Source: a virus | Direction: 5' to 3' (one strand) | Virus record (IMG/VR): IMGVR_UViG_3300028438_000001 | Length of the DNA: 40,256 bases | Shown here: piece after piece, positions 24,348 to 30,785 of the stretch | How positions within the stretch are numbered: the first letter of the stretch is position 1 | Layout: every line of letters begins with the position of its first letter | Position numbers and translations under genes: made by a program | The notes under the pieces: generated by a model | Told to the model about the DNA's origin: nothing | Databases searched by the model: none | What the model saw: only the letters and a program-made list of their open reading frames with translations

Positions 24348-24514
24348 TTAACGATCCGAAATGTTGGTTTTGTCCATTTCAGCTTGTTCGCCTCTTGATC
24401 GAGCTCCTTTCCTAGAATACGTTCCGCAACTTCTTGGAGAGTTTCCCTCTTCCCCTTAATAGTCCCTAAAAAAGCTTTTAGGGATTTATCGATGCTGATG
24501 ATGATTTCGGGCAT
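24344..24514 (-). CDS. Small hypothetical protein (56 aa)
   Basis: Hand translation: MPEIIISIDKSLKAFLGTIKGKRETLQEVAERILGKELDQEANKLKWTKPTFRIVK. AT-rich segment. Confidence 0.4.
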   Translation of the reverse strand: MPEIIISIDKSLKAFLGTIKGKRETLQEVAERILGKELDQEANKLKWTKPTFRIVK

Positions 24515-24528
24515 TTAGAGTCCCTGCC

Positions 24529-24720
24529 TTAAGCGGCGGTTAGGATGGTCAAATAGTGCTCAAGACCTTTGATGAGCAGCTGGCGGCCCAGTATCGACTT
24601 TGGAATGTCCTTGCGATTGGCCAGCTTCATGAGTGTTCGGTATTGCTCTTCGGTCAATCTGACCTTGAGTTCTATATCGTGGATCTCTTCTGGCTTTTTC
24701 CGAGGTCTGCCGATACTCAT
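24529..24720 (-). CDS. Ribbon-helix-helix-like small DNA-binding protein
   Basis: 63 aa. RPRKKPEE..ELKVRLTEEQYRTLMKLA is an RHH-like strand-helix pattern. Confidence 0.5.
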   Translation of the reverse strand: MSIGRPRKKPEEIHDIELKVRLTEEQYRTLMKLANRKDIPKSILGRQLLIKGLEHYLTILTAA

Positions 24721-24752
24721 ACGTAATCCATGTTGGTTATTGGTGTTTCAGC

Positions 24753-24787
24753 AAAAAAAGCCCGACACCAGACGAACCGGTGCCGGG
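24753..24787 (-). terminator. Intrinsic terminator between cro-like gene and downstream early genes
   Basis: Minus strand: cccggcacc-ggttcgtct-ggtgtcggg (one mismatch) followed by c and T7. Confidence 0.6.
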
Positions 24788-24930
24788 TGGGGTAACTGCC
24801 GCGAACGGTAGGGGAGGAGACAGCGCCGATATTCGCGCCTCGGTGCCAGGGCGCTGGAGGGAAAGGGCGGAACCGATCCGGGTAACACTCACGAGCCATC
24901 GTTGGGTAAAGATTCCGGTCGGTTCCATGG

Positions 24931-25143
24931 TTAGGCGGCCTCGTCTGACGGCCATAGATCGGGGCGCAGATCGGAGCGCCGAACCTTGTTTGACAGGGCT
25001 TTCTCGATCTCAATTGCACGTTCGGCGGAAACACCATTCCGCAGCCAATAAGAGATATGCTGCTGCTTGACGTTCCCGCCAAGAATTTGAGCCAACTTCA
25101 CTTGGGAGCCAGCTATGGAAATTGCTTTAAGTAGTCCGTTCAT
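24931..25143 (-). CDS. cro: Cro-like repressor (YdaS/Cro HTH family)
   Basis: 70 aa. GSQVKLAQILGGNVKQQHISYWLRNG.VSAERAIEIEKAL......DLRPDLW. Divergent from the cI-like gene. Confidence 0.65.
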   Translation of the reverse strand: MNGLLKAISIAGSQVKLAQILGGNVKQQHISYWLRNGVSAERAIEIEKALSNKVRRSDLRPDLWPSDEAA

Positions 25144-25151
25144 GGGTATAG

Positions 25152-25180
25152 ACCTTACAAATTTAATTTGTCTTTGTCAA
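25152..25180 (-). promoter_or_regulatory. Leftward early promoter (TTGACA-N17-TAAGGT) with an operator in the spacer
   Basis: -35 is the reverse complement of 25175-25180 and -10 is the reverse complement of 25152-25157. This leaves only a few nt of leader before ATG 25143. Confidence 0.5.
25157..25171. promoter_or_regulatory. Operator ACAAATT-T-AATTTGT
   Basis: 7-bp inverted repeat, read directly. Confidence 0.6.
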
Positions 25181-25208
25181 CAAGTTAAACCTGTTGGCAA
25201 GGTAACAA

Positions 25209-25219
25209 ACAAAATTTGT
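25209..25219. promoter_or_regulatory. Short operator-like palindrome ACAAA-A-TTTGT just before the cI-like start
   Basis: Read directly. Confidence 0.4.
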
Positions 25220-25222
25220 ACT

Positions 25223-25618
25223 ATGACCTACATGAAATTAGGCGATCGAATCAGAAAATGCCGCGAGCAAAAAGACATGTCCCAAGAGGACTTAGGTAAA
25301 GCTATCGGGCAAACACAGCAGACGATTGCGGCCATTGAAGATGGAACTATCGAGAACCCTCGCCGTTTGAAGAAGATTGCCGAAGCTCTTGGCGTAACAG
25401 AGGCTTATCTAAGGTTTGGTGAATCGCCTTCGCGGGAAGATGAAGAGCGATTCACCGAAGCGCAGTTCCTGGTAGAGCAATTCCTTATCTCGCATCGAAA
25501 ATCGTTGACGTTAAGAGATAAGTTCTTGGTTGTCTCGCGGCTCTATCTGCACATGAAGCGTTGCAACCAGGTAACGGCATCGGACGCAGATGTGAAACGC
25601 GCGTTCATGGGCCTGTAA
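25223..25618 (+). CDS. cI-like repressor (XRE-family HTH, no obvious S24 peptidase domain)
   Basis: KLGDRIRKCREQKDMSQEDLGKAIGQTQQTIAAIEDGTIENPRRLKKIAEALGV is a canonical XRE HTH. The start is ATG 25223 or 25232, and no SD is visible. Confidence 0.8.
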   Translation: MTYMKLGDRIRKCREQKDMSQEDLGKAIGQTQQTIAAIEDGTIENPRRLKKIAEALGVTEAYLRFGESPSREDEERFTEAQFLVEQFLISHRKSLTLRDKFLVVSRLYLHMKRCNQVTASDADVKRAFMGL

Positions 25619-25631
25619 TCGGGAGGTCGTT

Positions 25632-25901
25632 ATGTCGGAAAATGGCGACAAGGTTTTTAGCGAGGCATTACAAAACTGCGCCTGCGTAGTCTTCTATACT
25701 CAAATCGGCAACAACATTCGTAGCGGGGGTCTTATGGGCAGCTTTGATGCCGTAATCAGAAGCATTCTTGAGCAATACCCGCCGTCACAGGCGGAATCCG
25801 ATATCATCGTTAAATTCAAGGCCGATTCCATTGATCTGACTATCGAAAAGAAGTCTCATAAAAGCGGCGGCGATATCATCGAAAACGAAGAGCAACCATG
25901 A
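25632..25901 (+). CDS. Hypothetical protein in the repressor operon (moron)
   Basis: ORF track, 89 aa. GGGAGG RBS. AT-richer segment. Confidence 0.6.
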   Translation: MSENGDKVFSEALQNCACVVFYTQIGNNIRSGGLMGSFDAVIRSILEQYPPSQAESDIIVKFKADSIDLTIEKKSHKSGGDIIENEEQP

Positions 25902-25911
25902 GGTGTTGAGC

Positions 25912-26181
25912 ATGAAAAAGATTGTTGCGTTTGCATTACTCTGGTTTTGCGTTTCAGCTTCTGCCGATCAGTACGTGGACGGCTATGTCCGGCAAGATGG
26001 AACATATGTAGCGCCACACTTCCGGAGCGAACCAAATCAGTACCGGTTCGACAATTATAGCGGCCAAGGGAATTACAACCCCTACACTGGCCAGCAAGGC
26101 TATCAACGGCACGAGTATTCAAACCCGTCAATTTACAGCTACCCTCAAGCGCAGCCCAGACGGCGCAGCGCGTGGGATTGA
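25912..26181 (+). CDS. Secreted Tyr/Gln/Asn/Pro-rich small protein
   Basis: ATG 25912 after GAGG. Signal peptide MKKIVAFALLWFCVSASA. The mature part contains DGTYVAPHFRS...NPYTGQQG. Confidence 0.65.
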   Translation: MKKIVAFALLWFCVSASADQYVDGYVRQDGTYVAPHFRSEPNQYRFDNYSGQGNYNPYTGQQGYQRHEYSNPSIYSYPQAQPRRRSAWD

Positions 26182-26202
26182 CTTCATCTCTTGCGACAAT
26201 GT

Positions 26203-26228
26203 AAAGCCCGGCGTGTCCGGGCTTTTTT
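26203..26228 (+). terminator. Intrinsic terminator ending the repressor operon
   Basis: aaagcccgg-cgtgt-ccgggcttt followed by ttt. Confidence 0.75.
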
Positions 26229-26254
26229 ACGCTCAAAAAATTTTTTCGGCGAAC

Positions 26255-26297
26255 ACAAATTAAACTTGTTGACAGACACAAATTTAGTTTGTACTCT
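26255..26297 (+). promoter_or_regulatory. Rightward early promoter TTGACA-N17-TACTCT with two operators
   Basis: -35 at 26269-26274 and -10 at 26292-26297. Operators ACAAATTAAACTTGT (26255-26269) and ACAAATTTAGTTTGT (26278-26292) match the 25157 operator. Confidence 0.6.
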
Positions 26298-26335
26298 TTC
26301 ACCCAAGCCGCCCACAGCGGTGTTTTACCTCCCTA

Positions 26336-26360
26336 CCGCGCCCTTTCGAGCGCGGTTTTT
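26336..26360 (+). terminator. Terminator-like hairpin in the 5' leader of the rightward operon (attenuator?)
   Basis: ccgcgc-cctttcga-gcgcgg followed by ttttt, about 40 nt downstream of the -10. Confidence 0.4.
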
Positions 26361-26384
26361 CGAAATGAACAACTGGAGAAAAAA

Positions 26385-26717
26385 ATGAACCTAGACGAAC
26401 TGACCATCGGACAAGCAAAGCAGCTGGCTGCCATGTTTGGCGCGCAAGCGCCGCAATCGACCGCTTACGAGGTCGGCAAATGCTATTTCATCCGCACGGC
26501 CACCTATCACGTGGTCGGGCGGCTCGTCCGGATCACCGATAGCGATCTCGTGCTAGAAGACGCATCGTGGGTTGCGGATTCGGGCCGGTTCCATAACGCA
26601 TTACGAGACGGAGAGCTAGGCGAGGTGGAGCCATTCGTCAGGCCCGTCATTGTCAGCAGGGGCGGATTGATCGACGGAACCGAATGGATTCACCCGCTGC
26701 CGGACAAGCAGAAATGA
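26385..26717 (+). CDS. Conserved-looking hypothetical phage protein (110 aa)
   Basis: ATG 26385 after GGAGA plus an A-run. ...CYFIRTATYHVVGRLVRITDSDLVLEDASWVADSGRFHNAL... Confidence 0.65.
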   Translation: MNLDELTIGQAKQLAAMFGAQAPQSTAYEVGKCYFIRTATYHVVGRLVRITDSDLVLEDASWVADSGRFHNALRDGELGEVEPFVRPVIVSRGGLIDGTEWIHPLPDKQK

Positions 26718-26872
26718 ATGCGGTAATTAAAGGCATGAGCAGGAGCATGAGCAGGAGCATGAGCAGGAGCAGGAGCGGGAGCAGGAGCGGGAGCCTGAGC
26801 TGGAGCTTGAGCAGGAGCTGGAGCGGGAGCAGGTGCTTGAGCCGGAGCTGGAGCCGGAGCTGGAGTTTATAG
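26714..26872 (+). CDS. Ser-alternating (X-S)n repeat peptide 1 (52 aa)
   Basis: ATG 26714 in an ATGA overlap with the upstream stop. MNAVIKG then MSRSMSRSMSRSRSGSRSGSLSWSLSRSWSGSRCLSRSWSRSWSL. Coding status is uncertain because of low complexity. Confidence 0.45.
   Translation: MNAVIKGMSRSMSRSMSRSRSGSRSGSLSWSLSRSWSGSRCLSRSWSRSWSL
26735..26866. repeat. 22 tandem hexamers NNGAGC
   Basis: Parsed unit by unit from the sequence. Confidence 0.9.
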
Positions 26873-26874
26873 AA

Positions 26875-27111
26875 ATGAATGCGGCAATTAAGAGCAGAAC
26901 CGGGAGCTGGAGCTTGAGCAGGAGCAGGAGCCTGAGCGGGAGCTGGAGCTGGAGCTGGAGCGGGACCTGGAGCGGGAGCATGAGCAGGAGCATGAGCTGG
27001 AGCTGGACCTGGAGCGGGACCTGGAGCGGGATCAGGAGCGGGAGCCTGAGCTGGAGCTTGAGCAGGAGCTGGAGCGGGAGCAGGAGCAGGAGCAGGAGCA
27101 GGTTCTTATAG
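26875..27111 (+). CDS. Ser-alternating (X-S)n repeat peptide 2 (78 aa)
   Basis: ATG 26875 lies 2 nt after the first ORF's stop. It has the same head (MNAAIK) and the same TTATAG end as peptide 1, in a different absolute frame. Confidence 0.45.
   Translation: MNAAIKSRTGSWSLSRSRSLSGSWSWSWSGTWSGSMSRSMSWSWTWSGTWSGIRSGSLSWSLSRSWSGSRSRSRSRFL
26890..27105. repeat. 36 tandem hexamers NNGAGC
   Basis: Parsed unit by unit. A few units have ACC/ATC/TTC instead of AGC. Confidence 0.9.
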
Positions 27112-27151
27112 ATAACCCGCCAATGGCGGTAACAACCACGGAAACACTGAC

Positions 27152-27451
27152 ATGAGCGAATTATTTTTGGAACTTGGCAGGGCGCTGAACCCGGCAATCA
27201 ACGACCAACACCCGCGCGGAACCGTTCAGGACAAAATTGCCTTCCTGAACGATTCGGACAGCTGGAGGGACATTTTTACGAAGGCCGGACTCGATCCGGA
27301 CATGGAATTCGAGTGGCTGGCCGCCGAGGTTTACAGCGGTCACCGCTCGGACGCGCAACGCCGGGTGAACCGGGCGCTTGAGCTTGCCTACAACGCGGCT
27401 TGCGACCGGCGTGAACGAGACATGTTTGAGAGTATGGAGAACGCGGCATGA
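27152..27451 (+). CDS. Hypothetical protein (99 aa)
   Basis: ORF track. Confidence 0.6.
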   Translation: MSELFLELGRALNPAINDQHPRGTVQDKIAFLNDSDSWRDIFTKAGLDPDMEFEWLAAEVYSGHRSDAQRRVNRALELAYNAACDRRERDMFESMENAA

Positions 27452-27678
27452 GCTTAGACAAGCCGTTCAGCAACGGGAAATGGTCGATTACTGTGCATAC
27501 GGTTGGAGAGTTAATAGACGAGCTCTCCAGATTGCCGAGAGATTTACCAGTAGATCAAGAGTATGAGGGGAGAGGGTCTGATTTAGTTGTAATCAATCGC
27601 AATTCGGATGCTCATATCCGGCTTGACGAGGTCGGTTTTTGGGAAGACCAATCCGAGAGCGTGGAGGATGAGGAATAA
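27448..27678 (+). CDS. Hypothetical acidic protein (76 aa)
   Basis: ORF track. ATGA overlap. Confidence 0.6.
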   Translation: MSLDKPFSNGKWSITVHTVGELIDELSRLPRDLPVDQEYEGRGSDLVVINRNSDAHIRLDEVGFWEDQSESVEDEE

Positions 27679-27837
27679 GAGCCCGCCCGGAGCTTATCCG
27701 GGCAACTACCGGAGAGCGCTTTCGGCCAGCAGTGAAATGAGCCGCGCCGCTTGGATACAGAGAGCGCTCCCCGATGGTTGTAGCCATCTTGTTAGTACTT
27801 CAACTCGCCATGGATGGCTCTTTTACTGGAGACGAAC

Positions 27838-28017
27838 ATGAACCAAACCGTTAACCAAGTCCGCTCGCTGGAACGCGCGCGTAGCCGCCAACGAGAAGTC
27901 AAAAAAGAGCTGCAGAAAAACTGGGCTCGCGTAATCGATAGGACGCCTGACGATTTCGACGAGGCGGAATGCAACATGCCGCGCCCGATCCCGCACGCAT
28001 GGCAGCACATGGAATGA
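27838..28017 (+). CDS. Hypothetical protein (59 aa)
   Basis: ATG 27838 after GGAGA. In frame with ORF 27814..28017. Confidence 0.55.
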   Translation: MNQTVNQVRSLERARSRQREVKKELQKNWARVIDRTPDDFDEAECNMPRPIPHAWQHME

Positions 28018-28130
28018 GGCAGTTCGCCGGTTTTCTGGCGGAACTCGCCGGGTGGATGCTGTTCTTTGTCGCGCTGGCGGCGGTGGTGTGCGGGGCGGTG
28101 TGGTCGGCTTTGAAAGATGAGGAGTTTTAA
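28014..28130 (+). CDS. Single-TM micro-protein (38 aa)
   Basis: ATGA overlap. MRQFAGFLAELAGWMLFFVALAAVVCGAVWSALKDEEF. Confidence 0.4.
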   Translation: MRQFAGFLAELAGWMLFFVALAAVVCGAVWSALKDEEF

Positions 28131-28355
28131 GTGGAAAAGATCAGTTTACTGATATTGATAGCCGTAATCTTTACAGCCGGTTTTGGCTGGGGTCAGTGGT
28201 ATGCGGAACGATCTATCCGACAGGAAAGACTCCGGCTTACAAGCGGTCGGTTTGAAATATCCATGCCAATGAACCAAGACGACGCTGCTGCAATGCTAAC
28301 GCTGTTGAAAGATTTGATAGACGAAGTTAAGCACAGAAAAGATGAGCCGCATTGA
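28131..28355 (+). CDS. Membrane-anchored hypothetical protein (74 aa, GTG start)
   Basis: ORF track. GAGGAG 7 nt upstream. N-terminal TM segment. Confidence 0.55.
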   Translation: MEKISLLILIAVIFTAGFGWGQWYAERSIRQERLRLTSGRFEISMPMNQDDAAAMLTLLKDLIDEVKHRKDEPH

Positions 28356-28371
28356 AAGATGAGGAGTGGTA

Positions 28372-28584
28372 ATGATGTTAGTAACAGAACGCGACGCAAC
28401 AATGAAATGGTGCCCGTTTGGTAGTCGGGTATGGGGTGAGTCAACCATAACTGGTTCCTGCTGCGGTCATAATCGAGACTATCACGACAAACCGACAACC
28501 TTGTGCCTTGGTTCTCGGTGCATGGCGTGGAACGAAAAGACTATTGACGGAGTGGTTAAGGGATATTGCGGGCTAACAAGATGA
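28372..28584 (+). CDS. Small Cys-rich phage protein (70 aa)
   Basis: ATG 28372 after GAGGAG. WCPF...CCGH...CLGSRCMAW...GYCGL. Confidence 0.6.
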   Translation: MMLVTERDATMKWCPFGSRVWGESTITGSCCGHNRDYHDKPTTLCLGSRCMAWNEKTIDGVVKGYCGLTR

Positions 28585-28730
28585 GCCGCATTAAAGACGC
28601 GCTGATTATCGATCAGCGGACGGAGGAACCGCCCGAGGACGAGGTGCTATTCGAACCGGGCGGCGAGTGTCCTGAAATGGACGATGAAATTATAGAGGAG
28701 TTTTTCGATGTCGAAACAGTCCCCTTCTGA
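28581..28730 (+). CDS. Possible small acidic protein (49 aa)
   Basis: ATGA overlap. MSRIKDALIIDQRTEEPPEDEVLFEPGGECPEMDDEIIEEFFDVETVPF. Overlaps the next gene by 23 nt. Confidence 0.35.
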   Translation: MSRIKDALIIDQRTEEPPEDEVLFEPGGECPEMDDEIIEEFFDVETVPF

Positions 28731-29391
28731 AAAAACCGGCCTGGCTCTATTGCGCGAGCCGTTCCCGCCGAGTCAAATCTCTAAACTTCCGAAGTTTCGG
28801 AAGGATTCGACAGCTCGGAAAATACGGTGCCCGATATGCCGCGGGTATCACCCGGAAGATGCGGTGCATTTGGATTACGTTGGCCATGCGGCCCTCACCA
28901 ACCGGCTGCTTGATGCCGATCCAGAATGGAATTGGGAACCGCTGGCTGTTGATGAATCCGGACTGCCACGCATGGACCGCTGCGGCGGCATGTGGATCAA
29001 GCTGACCGTATGCGGTGTTACCCGGCTTGGCTATGGCCATGCCGAAGGCAAACAGGGCGGCGACGCGATCAAGGAAACGATCGGCGACGCGCTGCGTAAT
29101 GCCGCAATGCGATTCGGCGCGGCGCTTGATTTGTGGCACAAGGGAGATCTACACGCTGATGACGGCACGGACGAACAGCCTCCGGAGCGGGAAGCGCCAA
29201 AACATGAGCCGTCGTTCGCGCCGCTGAGCGAACAGCAGGTCGTCGAAATCGCGGCTTTGGCCGACGAGGTCGGCGTACCGCTGGATAAAATCCTTGCCTT
29301 CTGCAAGGCGCGAACCTTCGCCGAAATTCCCGCGACGGCTTACCAGAAAATCATCAACAAGCTGGAACAGTCCAGGAAGGCGGCGGCATGA
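28708..29391 (+). CDS. Rad52-family single-strand annealing protein (Sak/DUF1071-like)
   Basis: 227 aa. ..HLDYVGHAALTNRLLDADPEWNWEP...GMWIKLTVCGVTRLGYG...GDALRNAAMRFGAALDLW. Confidence 0.6.
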   Translation: MSKQSPSEKTGLALLREPFPPSQISKLPKFRKDSTARKIRCPICRGYHPEDAVHLDYVGHAALTNRLLDADPEWNWEPLAVDESGLPRMDRCGGMWIKLTVCGVTRLGYGHAEGKQGGDAIKETIGDALRNAAMRFGAALDLWHKGDLHADDGTDEQPPEREAPKHEPSFAPLSEQQVVEIAALADEVGVPLDKILAFCKARTFAEIPATAYQKIINKLEQSRKAAA

Positions 29392-29585
29392 ATTTAACCC
29401 ACACCAAACCCCGTAAACCACGCGCAAGCAAGTTGCCGGATGCGGGCAATGAGAATTTTATAGTGCGCGTTGATGGGAAGCTGTTTAGATGTGATTGCGG
29501 ATGCAACGTCTTTCATAAACCCAAACCTGGACATACATATATCTACGAGTGCAATGAGTGCGGATCTCGATATAAAGGGGCTTAA
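29388..29585 (+). CDS. Zinc-ribbon protein (65 aa)
   Basis: CDCGCN...ECNECG. ATGA overlap. Confidence 0.6.
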   Translation: MNLTHTKPRKPRASKLPDAGNENFIVRVDGKLFRCDCGCNVFHKPKPGHTYIYECNECGSRYKGA

Positions 29586-29586
29586 C

Positions 29587-30075
29587 ATGAAATACCCACC
29601 AACGTTGCGCGAGCTCACAAACCAGCAGCTCGAATTGCTGAACATGGCCGACGTGCCGGTAGACGCATTGCGCGACACGCTCGAAGGGCTGAAAGGCGCG
29701 ATCACGGAAAAAGCCGAGAACATTGTCGCCGTCATCAACCGCCTTGAATCCGACGCCGAGGCATGCCGTGCCGAGGAAAAACGGCTAGCCGAACTCCGCC
29801 GCTCGCGTGAGGCGCATTCGAAGCGGCTGAGGGAATACCTCAAGGTCAACATGGAACGGCTGGGCGTTGAAAAAATCGAGTGCCCGCTGTTCAAGATTTC
29901 GATAAAGGCTAATCCGCCCGCGGTCAGGATCGAGGACGAAAACCTAATCCCGCTCAATTACACGCGGATCCCTGATCCTGAGATCGACAAAGCCGCGATC
30001 AAGTGCGATCTACTCGCCGGGAAAGACGTGCCGGGGGCGGTGCTGGAGAGCGGGACGAGGGTTGAAATTAAATGA
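29587..30075 (+). CDS. Siphovirus Gp157-like protein (recombination-module accessory)
   Basis: ATG 29587. A coiled-coil N-terminal half plus ...FKISIKANPPAVRIEDENLIPLNY fits the Gp157 family pattern. Confidence 0.6.
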   Translation: MKYPPTLRELTNQQLELLNMADVPVDALRDTLEGLKGAITEKAENIVAVINRLESDAEACRAEEKRLAELRRSREAHSKRLREYLKVNMERLGVEKIECPLFKISIKANPPAVRIEDENLIPLNYTRIPDPEIDKAAIKCDLLAGKDVPGAVLESGTRVEIK

Positions 30076-30278
30076 TTACCGAAAGCAAATGCACGTGCGG
30101 TCAGAAATTCCTTATTGAACATAATTCCGAAAACTATTTTCGAAGGGATCGCAAGCGGATTTTCTACTCGCTGGACGAAAGCAAGGGAATATGCGTGTTC
30201 CGATGTCGGAACTGCTTGGCGCCCGTTCACGAAACCGTGCCGGGCGCGGAGATGGAGATCGGCGGGTTAGACAATTAA
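30072..30278 (+). CDS. Zinc-ribbon protein (68 aa)
   Basis: CTCG...CRNC. ATGA overlap. Confidence 0.55.
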   Translation: MITESKCTCGQKFLIEHNSENYFRRDRKRIFYSLDESKGICVFRCRNCLAPVHETVPGAEMEIGGLDN

Positions 30279-30289
30279 CTGGAGAAACC

Positions 30290-30547
30290 ATGAAACAGCA
30301 TGAGGAAGCGCCGGGGTCGGCGGCGCGGTGGGTATTGGGCGAGACGCACCCAATTTACGGCGAAGTGCAGATGATGGGCGTTCTTGGCGGCGAGGCATAC
30401 AGATGGTTCGCGAAGGACAACCTGGTATCCATGATTCCGCTGAGCATTTTGCTAAGCCACCAAACGCAGACCTTTGCGGAGCGTTCCGGTGCAGCGCCGT
30501 CGCTCTCGGGCCGCTTGTTAGGCGCTTTTAACAACGACGAAGGATAA
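30290..30547 (+). CDS. Hypothetical protein (85 aa)
   Basis: ATG 30290 after GGAGA. Confidence 0.55.
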   Translation: MKQHEEAPGSAARWVLGETHPIYGEVQMMGVLGGEAYRWFAKDNLVSMIPLSILLSHQTQTFAERSGAAPSLSGRLLGAFNNDEG

Positions 30548-30552
30548 ACGAA

Positions 30553-30753
30553 ATGAGCACTACCGTACTAGATGCATTGCAGAACGCACAGATCAACTTT
30601 GAAACCATTGGAAAAATGGGGGCGAAGAACAACCCGATTTTTATGATTGCAATGAATCAGCTCAAAAACGCCATTACGGCGCTTGAGAATGACAAGGGGC
30701 CTGATGACGTGATTCAGGATCATATGTTCGGTGATGTAGATACTGGTGCCTAA
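30553..30753 (+). CDS. Hypothetical protein (66 aa)
   Basis: ORF track. Confidence 0.55.
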   Translation: MSTTVLDALQNAQINFETIGKMGAKNNPIFMIAMNQLKNAITALENDKGPDDVIQDHMFGDVDTGA

Positions 30754-30785
30754 CAAGATTTATACACCTGATTAGGTGCCTAATC
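30748..30785. repeat. GCCTAA-N18-TTAGGTGCCTAA element, copy A1
   Basis: Read directly. About 80 percent identical to 31491-31529. Starts at the stop codon of the upstream gene. Confidence 0.6.

Noticed and set aside
24717-25082. 121-aa minus-strand ORF filling the cro-RHH gap
   Set aside because: It overlaps cro out of frame, has a Pro/Arg/Gly-rich composition, and runs through the terminator hairpin. I treat the gap as non-coding structured RNA.
26731-26872. Acidic (E-X)n reading of the first hexamer array as a DNA-mimic protein
   Set aside because: That frame is open from 26731 but has no ATG or RBS. Only a GTG at 26833, near the end of the array, is available. The conserved ATG head reads the S-X frame in both units.
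26735-27105. Possible CRISPR array, because of the dense short repeats
   Set aside because: The period is 6 bp with no spacers, no repeats of about 30 bp and no leader. It is a hexamer microsatellite-like array, not a CRISPR.
27679-27837. 77-aa ORF 27608..27841 or a small ncRNA in the 160-bp gap
   Set aside because: The ORF overlaps the preceding gene and lacks an RBS. The hairpins present (cccgga/tccggg and agccatc/gatggct) are weak and have no clear T-run, so the gap is left unannotated.
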